A stretch of DNA of 64,000 bases from an uncultured Bacilli bacterium (GCA_944350365.1 CALVOU010000001.1:14814-78813), one strand, 5' to 3'. Positions 1 through 11,075 are shown, numbered from the stretch's first letter. Notes: a model not told the origin generated them from the letters alone. Made by a program: numbers and translations.

Positions 1-113
1 TCTTTCGCCTTCGATCAATTGTGTAGAAAACTGTGCACTAGGAAAAATCCAGCTACAAAGCGCAACAACGAATATTGTAATCAACACAACCTTGAAACTA
101 TTATGCTTTTTCA
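1..113 (-). CDS. Partial CDS: N-terminus of a secreted or lipoprotein-like protein. It reads MKKHNSFKVVLITIFVVALCSWIFPSAQ... and the gene continues past the window start.
   Basis: An ATG at 113-111 on the minus strand is preceded by a GGGAGGG RBS. The open frame runs to position 1. A hydrophobic signal-peptide-like segment follows the N-terminus. It is not in the ORF track because it is truncated and under 60 aa. Confidence 0.35.
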
Positions 114-189
114 TATTAACCCTCCCTATTTCATTATACATAATTTGGCACAAAATACAATCATTTTCCCTCAAAAAACTGGTGTTTTC

Positions 190-227
190 TTACAAAAAAA
201 GAAGATGTTGGTCTCTTCAACATCTAT
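190..227 (-). terminator. Rho-independent terminator downstream of lysS
   Basis: On the minus strand, immediately after the lysS stop, a hairpin AGATGTTG-AAGAGACC-CAACATCT is followed by TCTTTTTTTG. Confidence 0.5.
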
Positions 228-1709
228 TTAATCCTTATCTTCATCCAAAGGTCTCATTAATGGGAACATGACAACATCACGGATATTATCAGCCCCAGCT
301 AATAGTTGAACGACACGGTCAACGCCCATACCCCAACCAGAAATTGGTGGCATACCATATTCCATGGCACGAATATAATCGTAATCCATTGGCATAGCTT
401 CCGTATCTCCTGCCGCTTTTAAAGCAGCTTGTTCTAATAATCGTTTTTCTTGCTCAACTGGATCAACTAACTCTGAATATCCATTAACGATCTCTGCTCC
501 ATTAATGACCAATTGGAAACGATCACTAATCTCTTTTCGTTCATCATTACTTCTAGCAAGTGGAGACAAACTTGTTGGATGCTCAGTCAAATAGACTGGC
601 TCAATCATAAATGGACGAGCAACCTTTTTATATAATACATCGACTAAATTACCAAACCCTAAATTTTCTAGAGGCGTCTCGCTCTCTAATTCAATTTTCT
701 TTTCTAAAATTTTCGCTAATAACTTTTCTTTTGTATTATCTATTTCAATATCAATATCAGCATGTTTAAGAATTAACTCGCGGAAAGTTACTCTAGGCCA
801 ATCTCCACTAAAATCAATTTCTCTATCCCCAAAAGGAATAGTCAAAGTACCAAACAATTTCTGGATAATCGTCTGTAACATGTTTTGAATCAACTTCATA
901 TTATCTTCATAATTAAAATAAGCTTGATACCCTTCTACCATCGTAAAGTCCTGTAAATGGGTAGCATCCATTCCCTCATTACGGAAACAACGAGCTACTT
1001 CATATACTTTAGGAATTCCACCAACTACTGCTCTTTTTAAATATGTTTCTGGTGCGATTCTTAAGTAAACATCCATATCTAAAGCATTATGATGAGAAAT
1101 AAATGGTTTAGCGGTCGCCCCACTTGCCTTATTATTTAAAATAGGAGTTTCAATTTCATAATACCCTAAATCGTCTAAGTAATGACGAAGTTCACGAATA
1201 AAACGAATGCGAAGTAAAAAACGATCACGAGTATCCTGATTCATAATTAAATCAACATAACGTTGACGATAACACGCTTCTTGATCCGTTAAACCATGAA
1301 ATTTTTCTGGTAAAGGGCGCAAAGCTTTACCTAGAAATTGAAAAGTATGAACTCGTAGGGTTTTTTCTCCCGTATGGGTCGTAAAAATCTCACCTTCGGC
1401 ACCAATAAAATCTCCAAGATCAATATTACTCTTAAAGAATTCATAAGCTCCTTCACCTACTAAATCGATTTTAATAGAAAGCTGTAAGTCCCCTTCGATA
1501 TCTCGTAATTTAATAAAACTCATCTTACCCATTTTACGTAAGAATACAATACGTCCTGCTACTCGAACTTGGTTAGTACCATCTTCTAAATGAGATGCTT
1601 CTTTTAACGAATGAGTAACCACATAACGCTCTGGATAAGGGTTACAATACTCACGAATACTGTCTAACTTACCACGGCGTACTAATTCCTGTTCTGAAAA
1701 TTCTCTCAT
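228..1709 (-). CDS. lysS: Lysyl-tRNA synthetase, class II
   Basis: 493 aa. It has an N-terminal OB anticodon-binding domain and a class II core with motifs such as FRNEGxDxTH and GGxGxGxDR-like (GMGVDRVVQLL). It is adjacent to dusB as in Bacillus. Confidence 0.9.
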   Translation of the reverse strand: MREFSEQELVRRGKLDSIREYCNPYPERYVVTHSLKEASHLEDGTNQVRVAGRIVFLRKMGKMSFIKLRDIEGDLQLSIKIDLVGEGAYEFFKSNIDLGDFIGAEGEIFTTHTGEKTLRVHTFQFLGKALRPLPEKFHGLTDQEACYRQRYVDLIMNQDTRDRFLLRIRFIRELRHYLDDLGYYEIETPILNNKASGATAKPFISHHNALDMDVYLRIAPETYLKRAVVGGIPKVYEVARCFRNEGMDATHLQDFTMVEGYQAYFNYEDNMKLIQNMLQTIIQKLFGTLTIPFGDREIDFSGDWPRVTFRELILKHADIDIEIDNTKEKLLAKILEKKIELESETPLENLGFGNLVDVLYKKVARPFMIEPVYLTEHPTSLSPLARSNDERKEISDRFQLVINGAEIVNGYSELVDPVEQEKRLLEQAALKAAGDTEAMPMDYDYIRAMEYGMPPISGWGMGVDRVVQLLAGADNIRDVVMFPLMRPLDEDKD

Positions 1710-1720
1710 AAATATTCCTC

Positions 1721-2452
1721 CTAATCAACCATTACTACTCTAGTTGCAGCCATTTTATCATGAAGTCCACGACCACTAGCTGAATAAATTACCATAAAGG
1801 CAGATACAATAATTAACAGTGTTTGAATACCTTCAATAATAAACTTTCCATAATAATATACTTCTCTATTCATAAACAAAACCATACCAATGAGCAATAT
1901 ATTACATACTAACGAATTAACTAACAAAGATCTAAGAACATATTGGTTCATCGATACTTTTTCTTCCCCAGTTATGGAAACTACTCGAACGCCCATCAAC
2001 TTTTTACCAAGAGTCTGTCCATTATTATAAAACTGGAAGACAACAAAGTAAAGAATAAATACTAAAACCCCAACAACTGATGTCATAACATTACTATAAT
2101 CTAAGTCATGGACTACATCTACAGACTGATTAATATATTCATCTGCCGAAGTTTTTCCCTCTAAATAATTTATCTGAATTTGTTCATATTCTTCTAAATA
2201 AGCAGAATAATTCTCATTAGTTGGTAAGAACATTAAAATAAAACTTAACAACAAAGTAACTATCGCAAAATCAATAATATAAGCCATCAGTCTAGGGAAA
2301 AAATAGGCCTTACGATATTCTTTTTTTTCTGAGTCTTTAACTTTAGAAACTTTTATTTTCTCTTCTTTTGACGTAGTATTATCTACTTTTTTCTTAGTAA
2401 CTTTTTTTTCTTTAAGTACTTCTCCTTCTACAGTTTCTTTTTTCTTTGGCAT
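1721..2452 (-). CDS. RDD-family membrane protein with a Lys/Glu-rich N-terminal tail
   Basis: 243 aa. A charged low-complexity N-terminus is followed by a YFFPRLMAYIIDFAIV RDD-like motif and several TM helices. Confidence 0.45.
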   Translation of the reverse strand: MPKKKETVEGEVLKEKKVTKKKVDNTTSKEEKIKVSKVKDSEKKEYRKAYFFPRLMAYIIDFAIVTLLLSFILMFLPTNENYSAYLEEYEQIQINYLEGKTSADEYINQSVDVVHDLDYSNVMTSVVGVLVFILYFVVFQFYNNGQTLGKKLMGVRVVSITGEEKVSMNQYVLRSLLVNSLVCNILLIGMVLFMNREVYYYGKFIIEGIQTLLIIVSAFMVIYSASGRGLHDKMAATRVVMVD

Positions 2453-3439
2453 TTAATCCACGCTTCTTTCTATATATTTTTTATAATCATTTAATATGTT
2501 AATTATATCAGAAATATGGTGGCAGAGAAATATTTTATTCTTAATTTCATTAGAATTTTTAAGTCCTTTCAAATACCAAGCAACATGATTTCTAATTTCT
2601 AAAACCGCCAATTTTTCATTCTTTAATTCGTATAAATTTTCTAAATGGTGTAAACACATATCAATACGCATAAGTGGGGTCGGAGGTGGAATTATTTTTC
2701 CTTCTTCCAAATAAGCATTGATTTCTTTAATTAACCACGGATTACCTAATACCCCACGACCAATCATGATTGCATCACAACCAGTCTTATCGAGCATTCT
2801 TTTCGCGCTATAAATATCGGTAATATCGCCATTTCCAATAACCGGAATGGAAACGGCTTCTTTCACTTGTTTAATGATTTGCCAATCGGCTTTACCACTA
2901 TATCCTTGACTTCTAGTTCTAGGATGAACACAAATCGCACTAGCTCCTGCTTCTTCGCAAATTTTCGCTACTTCTACCGCATTAATATGTTCGTGATCCC
3001 AACCACTTCTAATTTTCACAGTGACTGGTACTTGAACGGCTTGAACTACAGCACTAACAATCTCTCTAATCTTCTCGGGATTCTTTAAAAGCGCACTTCC
3101 TGCTTGAGCCCGAACTGCCACTTTAGGAACCGGACACCCCATATTAATATCGATAATATCTGGATGCATATTTTGTTCAATAAACTGAGCAGCAACAACA
3201 AAAGAGTCCTTATCACTCCCAAAGATTTGTTGAACAATAGGTCGCTCTTCTTCTTCCATGTAAAGCATATCTACTGTTTTTTGATTTTTATAAAAAAGAG
3301 CTTTGTCTGAAACCATCTCCGCATAGATCAAACCGCATCCCATTTCTTTAATAATCTTTCGAAAACTAGAGTTCCCAATTCCAGCCATAGGGGCCAAAAC
3401 CGTTTGATGTTTAATTTCTACATTTCCAATTTTCCACAT
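2453..3439 (-). CDS. dusB: tRNA-dihydrouridine synthase B
   Basis: 328 aa. It has a TIM-barrel Dus family fold with the catalytic Cys motif (MGCPVPKV) and the FMN-binding pattern. It sits next to lysS as in the B. subtilis yacF-lysS arrangement. Confidence 0.85.
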   Translation of the reverse strand: MWKIGNVEIKHQTVLAPMAGIGNSSFRKIIKEMGCGLIYAEMVSDKALFYKNQKTVDMLYMEEEERPIVQQIFGSDKDSFVVAAQFIEQNMHPDIIDINMGCPVPKVAVRAQAGSALLKNPEKIREIVSAVVQAVQVPVTVKIRSGWDHEHINAVEVAKICEEAGASAICVHPRTRSQGYSGKADWQIIKQVKEAVSIPVIGNGDITDIYSAKRMLDKTGCDAIMIGRGVLGNPWLIKEINAYLEEGKIIPPPTPLMRIDMCLHHLENLYELKNEKLAVLEIRNHVAWYLKGLKNSNEIKNKIFLCHHISDIINILNDYKKYIERSVD

Positions 3440-3499
3440 ACTTATCCCTCAAATTCATAATAATAGATAATACCACAAAAAAAAGAAAAAGAAAATGTT

Positions 3500-4996
3500 T
3501 TACCGCTTCTTAAAAATAATATAACGACGCAAATTTTCTTTTTTCATACTGTGACTAGTTTTAGATTCAAGTCCTGAAAAGAAGACTTCATAATCAGAAT
3601 CATGTAACAATAATTGATATAAATAATCATCTTCTGTAACTAATAAATGAGTAAACTGATACTTTTCTAAAAAATCACGATAATCTAAAGCATGATTTTG
3701 TAGATAGAACATCTCGTCTAAAATATCCGCTTGTTGATTATTTTCTTTAATAAACACTTCAGCTCGACTATCTATATAAACCGCTAAATCTTTATATTCT
3801 GCATAACTACATTCTCCATAAGCACAATATAATCGCACCTGATCAGGATCTTCATTTTTTAATAAATAATCAATTCCTTCTTGATTAGCACTATTCATAA
3901 AAATCCCATCAGACGATAAAATTAAAGTGAAAGGAATTATTCCTAAAAAAATAGTAGCTACAACTAAAGGAATACATTGTCGAAGAGAAAAAGGTAAATC
4001 ACGTACTCGATAAAAATGAGAACGGAAATAATAAGCTAATGGATAAATAGCAGCAATTAAGAAAAAAGCCAAACCACGCCAAGAAGAAATCGCCAAATAA
4101 GTCGTACCAATCAATAATAGAAAATGACGAAGTTGGAGTTTGCCAGAAGTAAAAATAAAATAGCCAAGCCATACAAGAAATAAACAGAAATAAGAAACTA
4201 TTCCCGCAAGGGTATGAATATCTGGAATTCGCATTTCAGTAACTACATGATAAAGACTACTATTACTAATAGAACGAAATAAATAGAATAAAGAATCTAT
4301 TCCATAGGGATTAAGAAAAGCAACCAAAATCATAAAAAGAAAGGCAATGAATAATGGTTTCTTTGGTTTAGACTCAGAAGAAATTCTACCAATAGAAATA
4401 GAAAAAGTATTAAGAAAAAAAGGTAACCAAAAACAAAATAACATTGGCCATAAAGAGGCATGTAGTTGAATCATCAACCAAGATAAAAGTGGAAGAAAAT
4501 ACAAAATTTTAGTATTTTTCTTCTTTATATAATGTTCTAAAACATATAATTCAGTCAGTAAAATAGCGAAGGAAAAAATTTGTGGCCTTGGCGATAAGAA
4601 AAAGAAAGCAAGAATGGAAACAATTACACAAGTAAATAAAATGGATAAATTTCTTTTTTTATCGGTCACTAACATCAATAACTGATAGGTAATAAAAACA
4701 AGATAGACATTTACTAAAAGAGTAAGAAAATAAATCCCAATTTTACCCCCATAATCATAAACAAAAAAGAATAAAACATCGACTAGCCATTGTTGAACAA
4801 CCAGAGTTAAATTTTCATGAAAGGTTAAAAAATCAACATGAGGAAACCCGTTTGTAATAATTTCTTCTCCAGTACGTATCAAAAACCATATATCATTACC
4901 AAAACAAGTAGCAGATAAAATACCAACTAAAATAGGAATTAGTAAAAAGGAAAAGGCTTCCCATTTAGCCGGATGATAAGAACAAAATCGCTTCAT
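3500..4996 (-). CDS. Polytopic integral membrane protein of unknown function
   Basis: 498 aa with at least 10 predicted TM helices and a C-terminal soluble domain. No recognisable catalytic motif. Confidence 0.45.
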   Translation of the reverse strand: MKRFCSYHPAKWEAFSFLLIPILVGILSATCFGNDIWFLIRTGEEIITNGFPHVDFLTFHENLTLVVQQWLVDVLFFFVYDYGGKIGIYFLTLLVNVYLVFITYQLLMLVTDKKRNLSILFTCVIVSILAFFFLSPRPQIFSFAILLTELYVLEHYIKKKNTKILYFLPLLSWLMIQLHASLWPMLFCFWLPFFLNTFSISIGRISSESKPKKPLFIAFLFMILVAFLNPYGIDSLFYLFRSISNSSLYHVVTEMRIPDIHTLAGIVSYFCLFLVWLGYFIFTSGKLQLRHFLLLIGTTYLAISSWRGLAFFLIAAIYPLAYYFRSHFYRVRDLPFSLRQCIPLVVATIFLGIIPFTLILSSDGIFMNSANQEGIDYLLKNEDPDQVRLYCAYGECSYAEYKDLAVYIDSRAEVFIKENNQQADILDEMFYLQNHALDYRDFLEKYQFTHLLVTEDDYLYQLLLHDSDYEVFFSGLESKTSHSMKKENLRRYIIFKKR

Positions 4997-5155
4997 ATTA
5001 ACACCAATTAAAGTATAACACCACTTAATAAAAACACCAAGTTTTTCTATTGCTAATTAGTTATAAGTTCTATTCTTAAATTTATTGTTCTAATCTCAAT
5101 TTCAATAACTAAAAAAAATAATACAAATAACGAAAATTCTTATACAAAAAAGAAA

Positions 5156-7186
5156 CTATTCCTTAGAATCAGTTTCTTTTTTTTCATCAGCATTATCATC
5201 AACATCTTCAAGTGCTTTTTCAAGCTCTTCTTTATTCATTTTTGTATATCCTTTAATGCCTTTTTCTTTAGCTAAATTTTTAAGTTCAGAAAACGTCATA
5301 TCATCATCGGTTTTCTCTTCTGTCTTCTCTTCAGGCATGCGCCCAGTTTCAACTAAAGAATCAATCTGTTCTTTAGTTAATGTTTCGTACTCTAATAAAG
5401 AGTCAGCAAGTAATTTTACCAAGTCACGATTCTCAAGTAAAATTTTCTTTGCCTCTTGATAACATTCATCGATAATCTTACGAACTTCTTTATCGATCTC
5501 ATGAGCAATTTCGTTCGAGAAATTACGTGTCTTATTATAATCACGACCAAGGAAAACTCCGCCTTCTTGTTGTTCCAACTGAACAGGACCTAAATCACTC
5601 ATTCCATACTCGGTTACCATAGCACGAGCAATCTTCGTCGCTTTTTCAAAATCGTTATGCGCTCCTGTAGTAACTTCATGAAATTGAATTTCTTCAGAAA
5701 CACGGCCACCTAACAAACCTGTTATACGTTGTAATAATTCCGTTTTTGTAGATAAATAAGTCTCTTCGCTTGGCATCATCAAGGTATAACCGCCTGCTTG
5801 CCCACGAGGAATAATCGTAATTTTTTGAACATCATCTGCGTTTGGTAATTTAATACCTAAAACAGCATGACCGGCCTCATGATAAGCAACCACTTCTTTT
5901 TCATGATCGTTATATTTACGACTAAGTTTAGCAGGTCCACCAATAACACGATCCGTTGCTTCATCAATCTCGCTCATTGTAATGGCATCTTTATTTCGTC
6001 TAACTGCAAGTAATGCCGCTTCGTTCAATAAGTTTTCAAGAGCAGCACCACTAAATCCTGGAGTACGTTTAGCTAAAAACTCTAAACGAACAGATGGATC
6101 TAAAATCTTATCTTTAGCATGAACTTTTAAGATTTCTTCACGTTCTCTAACATCTGGTAAATCAACGGTAACTTGACGATCAAATCTACCAGGACGAAGT
6201 AAAGCAGGATCCAAAACGTCGGCACGGTTAGTGGCAGCAATGATAATAATTCCCTCATTAGCACCAAAGCCATCCATCTCTGTAAGTAATTGGTTAAGGG
6301 TTTGTTCACGTTCATCATGCCCGCCACCTAAACCAGTACCACGTTGACGACCAACTGCATCGATCTCATCGATAAAAATCAAACAAGGAGCTGAATGCTT
6401 TGCCTGTTTAAACATATCACGTACACGACTGGCACCTACACCAACAAACAACTCTACGAAATCAGAGCCACTAATATAATAGAATGGAACATTAGCTTCT
6501 CCAGCCACTGCCTTAGCAAGTAAAGTTTTACCGGTACCTGGAGGGCCAACCAATAAAACACCTTTAGGAATTCTAGCTCCCAATTTTTGAAATTTCTTTG
6601 GATTTTTCAAGAAGTCAATCAATTCAGAAACTTCTTCTTTTTCTTCTTTTAATCCCGCTACATCCTTAAAAGTAACCTTGTTGGTATCATTACTTAAACG
6701 AGCACGACTCTTGCCGAAATCCATCGACTTATTAGCTCCACCCATCTGTCTAGTGAATAAAAAGATAGCTACACCGACAAGTAAAACGAGTGGTAACACA
6801 TTAACCAAAATCAACAATAACGTACTAGACTCTGGATCTGGATTCGTCACTAATTCAAAATCTGCTTTTTCCTCAGAAGTAAAAATAGTCCTAATAATTT
6901 GATCACTCAAAGGAACCCGAATAAAGAAAGATTCATTTTCTTCATAATCTTTAGCCTTACCAGTAATTTCATAGACAACCGCTCTTTGTTTGGGAGTAAT
7001 AGATAGTTCAGTTACTTTTTCTTCTTCTAACAAAGAAACAAATTCATCGTACGTCAAAACATTTACTTTTTGATTAAGTACATTAAATAAATAATAAACA
7101 CTAAATACGATCAAAACTAAAAATAAATAAGGTAATAGACCTCTTCTGATACTGTTTTTATTCATTATTATTTCTCTCTCCTTCAA
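5156..7186 (-). CDS. ftsH: ATP-dependent zinc metalloprotease FtsH
   Basis: 676 aa. It has N-terminal TM helices, an AAA module with Walker A (GPPGTGKT) and SRH, and the zinc-binding HEAGH motif. An acidic C-terminal tail follows. Confidence 0.95.
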   Translation of the reverse strand: MKEREIIMNKNSIRRGLLPYLFLVLIVFSVYYLFNVLNQKVNVLTYDEFVSLLEEEKVTELSITPKQRAVVYEITGKAKDYEENESFFIRVPLSDQIIRTIFTSEEKADFELVTNPDPESSTLLLILVNVLPLVLLVGVAIFLFTRQMGGANKSMDFGKSRARLSNDTNKVTFKDVAGLKEEKEEVSELIDFLKNPKKFQKLGARIPKGVLLVGPPGTGKTLLAKAVAGEANVPFYYISGSDFVELFVGVGASRVRDMFKQAKHSAPCLIFIDEIDAVGRQRGTGLGGGHDEREQTLNQLLTEMDGFGANEGIIIIAATNRADVLDPALLRPGRFDRQVTVDLPDVREREEILKVHAKDKILDPSVRLEFLAKRTPGFSGAALENLLNEAALLAVRRNKDAITMSEIDEATDRVIGGPAKLSRKYNDHEKEVVAYHEAGHAVLGIKLPNADDVQKITIIPRGQAGGYTLMMPSEETYLSTKTELLQRITGLLGGRVSEEIQFHEVTTGAHNDFEKATKIARAMVTEYGMSDLGPVQLEQQEGGVFLGRDYNKTRNFSNEIAHEIDKEVRKIIDECYQEAKKILLENRDLVKLLADSLLEYETLTKEQIDSLVETGRMPEEKTEEKTDDDMTFSELKNLAKEKGIKGYTKMNKEELEKALEDVDDNADEKKETDSKE

Positions 7187-8523
7187 TAATATTTAATTAT
7201 TATATCATAACTTTCGTTTTTTTGTTTATTTATTTTACTTTTCTTAATACCAGGCACCCATACAATTTTACCAGTCGCATCGGCGACAACAGGCCATAAT
7301 TCACGTTCTTCCATCGGTACTTTAGAATTAATAAAAATATCTTTTAATTTCTTAGTACCAGATAATCCTTTTACTGCCATTTTATCCCCATATCTTCTCG
7401 TTCTAACATAAAGAGGTAACACAACATCACAACTGTTTAAACGACAAACATCATTCCCATTTTCAGGAATATCATGACGCATAACTTCTAAATGCTTGCC
7501 ATTAGGAAGAACCGCATAATCAATTAATTCCATTTCATAATGATTAATTTCTTCTCCATCCAAAACTACTTTTACTTGGTTGTACACTTTTACTATTTTA
7601 ATATGATTAGGCAACATAATATAAGCATTTTTCTTATGAGAAAAAATTAGTTGATTAAACAATTGAATATGTCTATCATTGACAGAATTTATATCATCCT
7701 GGTAAACTTCCTCTAAAATACGATAAAGTACTCTCGATTGTAGAAGAAAATCTAAAGTTAAAAAAACAGGTATATCTAAGTATCCATCATGATAAACAGA
7801 AGTAAATACTCTATCCACTTGTCTATCGATAAAATCTGCATACTCCTCTAACATTAAACTAAATTTTAAAAACTTCTCATTCACATTAGGATTTTCCTGT
7901 TTTAAAAATGGTAATACATACTTACGATAACGATTTCTTGTATATTTATCTTTATGATTAGAAGAATCAATAACATAAGGAATCCCCATCTTCACATCAT
8001 AATCTAAAAGTTCCTGTTTAGAAACCGAAATAAGCGGACGAACAAGGAAATAAGAACCTTTATCTACCTCACGTTTAAATCCTGCATAACCACGCAAAGT
8101 AGACCCCCGTACAAGTCTCATTAAAATGGTTTCCATTAAATCATCACCATGATGAGCAGTCATCAAATAGTTTGCCTGATATTTGGTTACTATTTCTTCG
8201 AAATAGCGATAGCGAATATTTCTTGCTTCATTATGAAAATTATCATCGCTATAATGTTCAATCTTCATGGATTCGAACAAAACCCCGTGTTCGTTACACC
8301 AATTCTCTAAAAAAACTTTCTCTTTCTCACTCTCTTTACGCACATTGTGGTTAACATGACAACAAATCAAAGAAAAAGACTTTTTCTTAGCCAAAGTAAC
8401 CAAAATATAAAGTAGTGCCATAGAATCAGGTCCTCCTGATACCCCAACGACTACAGTACTAGAAGGATCTAATAGAGTTGTCAAATAATCATATACTTTT
8501 TCCACACTATTCACCCATTTCAC
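7183..8523 (-). CDS. tilS: tRNA(Ile)-lysidine synthetase
   Basis: 446 aa. The N-terminal PP-loop SGGPDS motif (VGVSGGPDSMAL) is present. Its end overlaps the ftsH start by 4 nt. Unlike Bacillus, no hprT lies between tilS and ftsH. Confidence 0.85.
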   Translation of the reverse strand: MKWVNSVEKVYDYLTTLLDPSSTVVVGVSGGPDSMALLYILVTLAKKKSFSLICCHVNHNVRKESEKEKVFLENWCNEHGVLFESMKIEHYSDDNFHNEARNIRYRYFEEIVTKYQANYLMTAHHGDDLMETILMRLVRGSTLRGYAGFKREVDKGSYFLVRPLISVSKQELLDYDVKMGIPYVIDSSNHKDKYTRNRYRKYVLPFLKQENPNVNEKFLKFSLMLEEYADFIDRQVDRVFTSVYHDGYLDIPVFLTLDFLLQSRVLYRILEEVYQDDINSVNDRHIQLFNQLIFSHKKNAYIMLPNHIKIVKVYNQVKVVLDGEEINHYEMELIDYAVLPNGKHLEVMRHDIPENGNDVCRLNSCDVVLPLYVRTRRYGDKMAVKGLSGTKKLKDIFINSKVPMEERELWPVVADATGKIVWVPGIKKSKINKQKNESYDIIIKYY

Positions 8524-8574
8524 TACAAATAGTATTGTACCATACTTATCAATAAAAACAAAAGAAAAAGAAGA

Positions 8575-8877
8575 TTATTCTTCATCTTCTTCTGGCAATC
8601 TTAGAATAATCTCCCCATCTTTAGAATACATATACTTCTCCCGTGCATAACGAGCAATATAATCTGGATCTTCTAATTTTTCAACATCCACTTTTAATTC
8701 TGCTTCCTTTTCTCGTAAAGTGAGCATCTTTTCTTCTAAGATACCCTTTTCTTGATACTTTTCGAATATTTGAACCCAATAGTTACCAACAGCAGTAAAT
8801 ATAGCGACGATCGCTACCGCACAGATAGGCACGAAAAGACAAACACGTGCACGGGACTTTGTTTTTTTCTTTCTCAT
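8575..8877 (-). CDS. divIC: Septum formation initiator, DivIC/FtsB family
   Basis: 100 aa. A single N-terminal TM segment is followed by a coiled-coil (LREKEAELKVDVEKLE). Its position after yabP-yabQ matches the Bacillus yabQ-divIC arrangement. Confidence 0.55.
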   Translation of the reverse strand: MRKKKTKSRARVCLFVPICAVAIVAIFTAVGNYWVQIFEKYQEKGILEEKMLTLREKEAELKVDVEKLEDPDYIARYAREKYMYSKDGEIILRLPEEDEE

Positions 8878-8981
8878 ACCTATGCAAACCTCCCTATTCT
8901 TCTTATTATTATAAGTAGAAATAAAAGAAATGACAACCGTTTAAAAATAGAAAGTTTTGTCACTTGACAAAGAAATGTAAA

Positions 8982-9257
8982 CTAATGATAACGAACTTTT
9001 TGACTAAATAAATTACCAACTAAATAACCAATTAAAGTCATCATTAAAAAATAAATGTGAATACGAGCAGAATTAATCGCAAACATCATCACAAAATATA
9101 ATAAACAAAAAAATAATACAAAAAGAAAAGTAAAAATATAACGAAAAATTCCCTTAGAAAGAAACAACCACTTATAACACCAATTAACCAAATAAGATAA
9201 TAAAAAGCCAAATACAAAAGAAGCAACAAGGCTTTGAATCTGTAGCTCTAATATCAT
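8982..9257 (-). CDS. yabQ: Spore cortex biosynthesis membrane protein, YabQ-like
   Basis: 91 aa small polytopic membrane protein. Its start overlaps the yabP stop, the conserved yabP-yabQ arrangement. Confidence 0.4.
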   Translation of the reverse strand: MILELQIQSLVASFVFGFLLSYLVNWCYKWLFLSKGIFRYIFTFLFVLFFCLLYFVMMFAINSARIHIYFLMMTLIGYLVGNLFSQKVRYH

Positions 9258-9547
9258 TATTTGAACAACCTACTAATAATATTCGATTCCTTTTCTTTTT
9301 TTGTCGCATCATCAACATAGGCAAAAGACTTTAAAAATCCTTTAATCGATACATTTCCTTGTAAAGTATCTAATTTTAACAACTCTAAATCGTCCCCTTT
9401 TAATACTAAAAATCCCATTACTGTCTCCATTAAAAATTCTTCGTTATCGAAACTCTCAATCTTTTTTACCCCAGTTACTAAAATATTCTTTCTTTCTACA
9501 ATATTAACACTATGATTATAATTTGTAATATTAGTATCCTTGTCCAT
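9257..9547 (-). CDS. yabP: Sporulation protein YabP
   Basis: 96 aa. The YabP family signature is visible (NIVERKNILVTGVKKIESFDNEEF...LKGDDLEL). Confidence 0.65.
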   Translation of the reverse strand: MDKDTNITNYNHSVNIVERKNILVTGVKKIESFDNEEFLMETVMGFLVLKGDDLELLKLDTLQGNVSIKGFLKSFAYVDDATKKEKESNIISRLFK

Positions 9548-9664
9548 ATATATTCCTCCTAGTTAAAAATATGAAATACAAAAAAAAATATACCAAAAGA
9601 AAAGAAGACACTTAGTACCTCTATTTTAAAACTGATAATTATAACAAAATTTTACCAGAACAAA

Positions 9665-9811
9665 ATGAAAAATAAATTTTTCATGTCCCAGTCGTTGCCT
9701 CCTGGGTTTTCTGCTTCATCGATAAAGTTACCTTTATTCTCCACAGACTTAACATCCGATAGTCGCTACCGTAGTTTTTTGTTCTTACTTTTATCTGTAT
9801 TTTTTTCTCGA
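9665..9811 (-). ncRNA. Candidate omega-RNA (reRNA) guide scaffold of TnpB
   Basis: This segment is immediately 3' of tnpB on the same strand. It is GC-richer than the flanks and has stem-loops (for example CCCAGgaggcaacgaCTGGG). This is the position where TnpB omega-RNAs are encoded. The call rests on inference only. Confidence 0.3.
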
Positions 9812-10948
9812 CTATATTAGCTCTTTTACATATTTCTTTATTCCCTCAAATAATATATTTTGACTAGCATTGATATCTCTATCATGGTAACTTCCACATT
9901 CTGGACATATCCAGTTTCTAACTGATAATTCTTTTACTTTCTCATTTTTATATCCACATTTACTACATTCCTGACTACTTGGATAATAGGTATCTATCTG
10001 TATATATCGTTTTCCATAATACTTAGCTTTATATTCTAATACACGACATATCTCAGATAAACAAACATCAGTTAGAGATTTAGAGAACTTCTTTTCTTCA
10101 ATCATCTCTTTTACCTTTAATGTTTCACTTACCACAATATCATTTTCTAATACTAGTTTTTTTGTTATTTGATGAATAAAGTGTTTTCTCGCATTCTTTA
10201 ACTTCTGAAATAGAACGGCTAACTTTCTCTTCGTTTTATAATAATTATTACTTCCTTTTTCTCGCCTAGCTAATTCCCTTTGTTTCCTTTTGATTCTTTT
10301 TTCATATTTCTCAATAATTTTCTCATTCTTTATCTTTTCTCCATCACTTGTAATTACAACATCTTTTATCCCTAAATCTATTCCTACTATTCTTTTTGGA
10401 ATAATCTTTGCCACAAGATGATTCACTTCTACTAATACACTAACATAGTATTTACCACTTGAATACTCACTAATAGTTGCGTTGATAATTCTTCCAGGTA
10501 AAGATTCTAAATTTCTATATCCTCTAATCTTTACTTCTTTTAATTTAGGAAGAGTAATTACTTTTCTTTTTAAATCTACTTTAATATTCTCATATTTTCT
10601 TTCTTTATAAGTACTCGTAATATAATTCGTTCGATAACTTCTTTTTGAACTATATTTTCCTTTAAACTTAGGATAATTGTTTTGATGTTTGATAAATCGT
10701 TTAAATGCGTCCTCTAAATCAAATAAACTACATCTCAAACTACAAGAATCTACTTCTTTCAAGAATGGATATTCTGAATATAAATTAGGCAAATCTTTAA
10801 TCATATCAAAACAAGTTAAATGTTCTTTCTTTCTTTTTTCAAGATAATGATTATAAACAAATCTTGTGCAACCAAACGTTTTTTGAATCATAATGATTTG
10901 ACTATCATTTGGATAAAGACGAAACTGATAACTTTTATACATATTCAT
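9812..10948 (-). CDS. tnpB: TnpB (OrfB) RNA-guided endonuclease / IS605-family accessory protein
   Basis: 378 aa. It has the N-terminal YQFRLYP..Q motif, RuvC-I (VGIDLGIKD), a zinc finger (CSKCG...CPECG) and RuvC-III (HDRDINASQNI). Confidence 0.85.
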   Translation of the reverse strand: MNMYKSYQFRLYPNDSQIIMIQKTFGCTRFVYNHYLEKRKKEHLTCFDMIKDLPNLYSEYPFLKEVDSCSLRCSLFDLEDAFKRFIKHQNNYPKFKGKYSSKRSYRTNYITSTYKERKYENIKVDLKRKVITLPKLKEVKIRGYRNLESLPGRIINATISEYSSGKYYVSVLVEVNHLVAKIIPKRIVGIDLGIKDVVITSDGEKIKNEKIIEKYEKRIKRKQRELARREKGSNNYYKTKRKLAVLFQKLKNARKHFIHQITKKLVLENDIVVSETLKVKEMIEEKKFSKSLTDVCLSEICRVLEYKAKYYGKRYIQIDTYYPSSQECSKCGYKNEKVKELSVRNWICPECGSYHDRDINASQNILFEGIKKYVKELI

Positions 10949-11075
10949 GATGTCATTCCCCCTTTGGTGTTAATAGTTAACAAGACTATACCAAACAAAT
11001 GTATGCAAATCAAGTAAATTACAAAATTTTCTATTTTTTATTTTATTCTTCTATACCAAGCAAATTCCTAGTATA

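Larger units (their letters stand above)
9662..11060 (-). mobile_element. IS200/IS605-family element of IS1341/IS607-like type, carrying tnpB and no tnpA
   Basis: It carries a tnpB ORF. A GC-rich structured segment lies 3' of the tnpB stop and ends in a palindromic hairpin (ATGAAAAAT-aa-ATTTTTCAT, 9664-9685). It is inserted between the spoVG terminator and the yabP promoter. No Y1 (HuH) transposase ORF is nearby. Confidence 0.55.

Noticed and set aside
19-231. 70-aa plus-strand ORF downstream of lysS
   Set aside because: No RBS and a low-complexity translation. The region is better explained by the lysS terminator and the start of an upstream minus-strand gene.
2867-3310. Plus-strand ORFs of 60-110 aa nested in minus-strand genes: 2867-3088, 3104-3310, 5256-5459, 6678-6902, 8172-8354, 19310-19540, 28805-29026, 30061-30387, 36277-36567, 37270-37473, 38263-38511, 42722-43009 and 10820-11017. 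Minus-strand ORFs nested inside plus-strand genes: 47017-47286, 54093-54305, 56896-57129 and 60791-60988.
   Set aside because: They are antisense to well-supported conserved genes and lack RBS. Their translations are low-complexity, typical of spurious frames in AT-rich DNA.
8956-8972. Inverted repeat TTTGTCA-ct-TGACAAA upstream of divIC as a regulator operator
   Set aside because: It is a short 7-bp-arm IR containing TTGACA, common in AT-rich promoters. No partner -10 element is at consensus spacing. Evidence is insufficient to call an operator.
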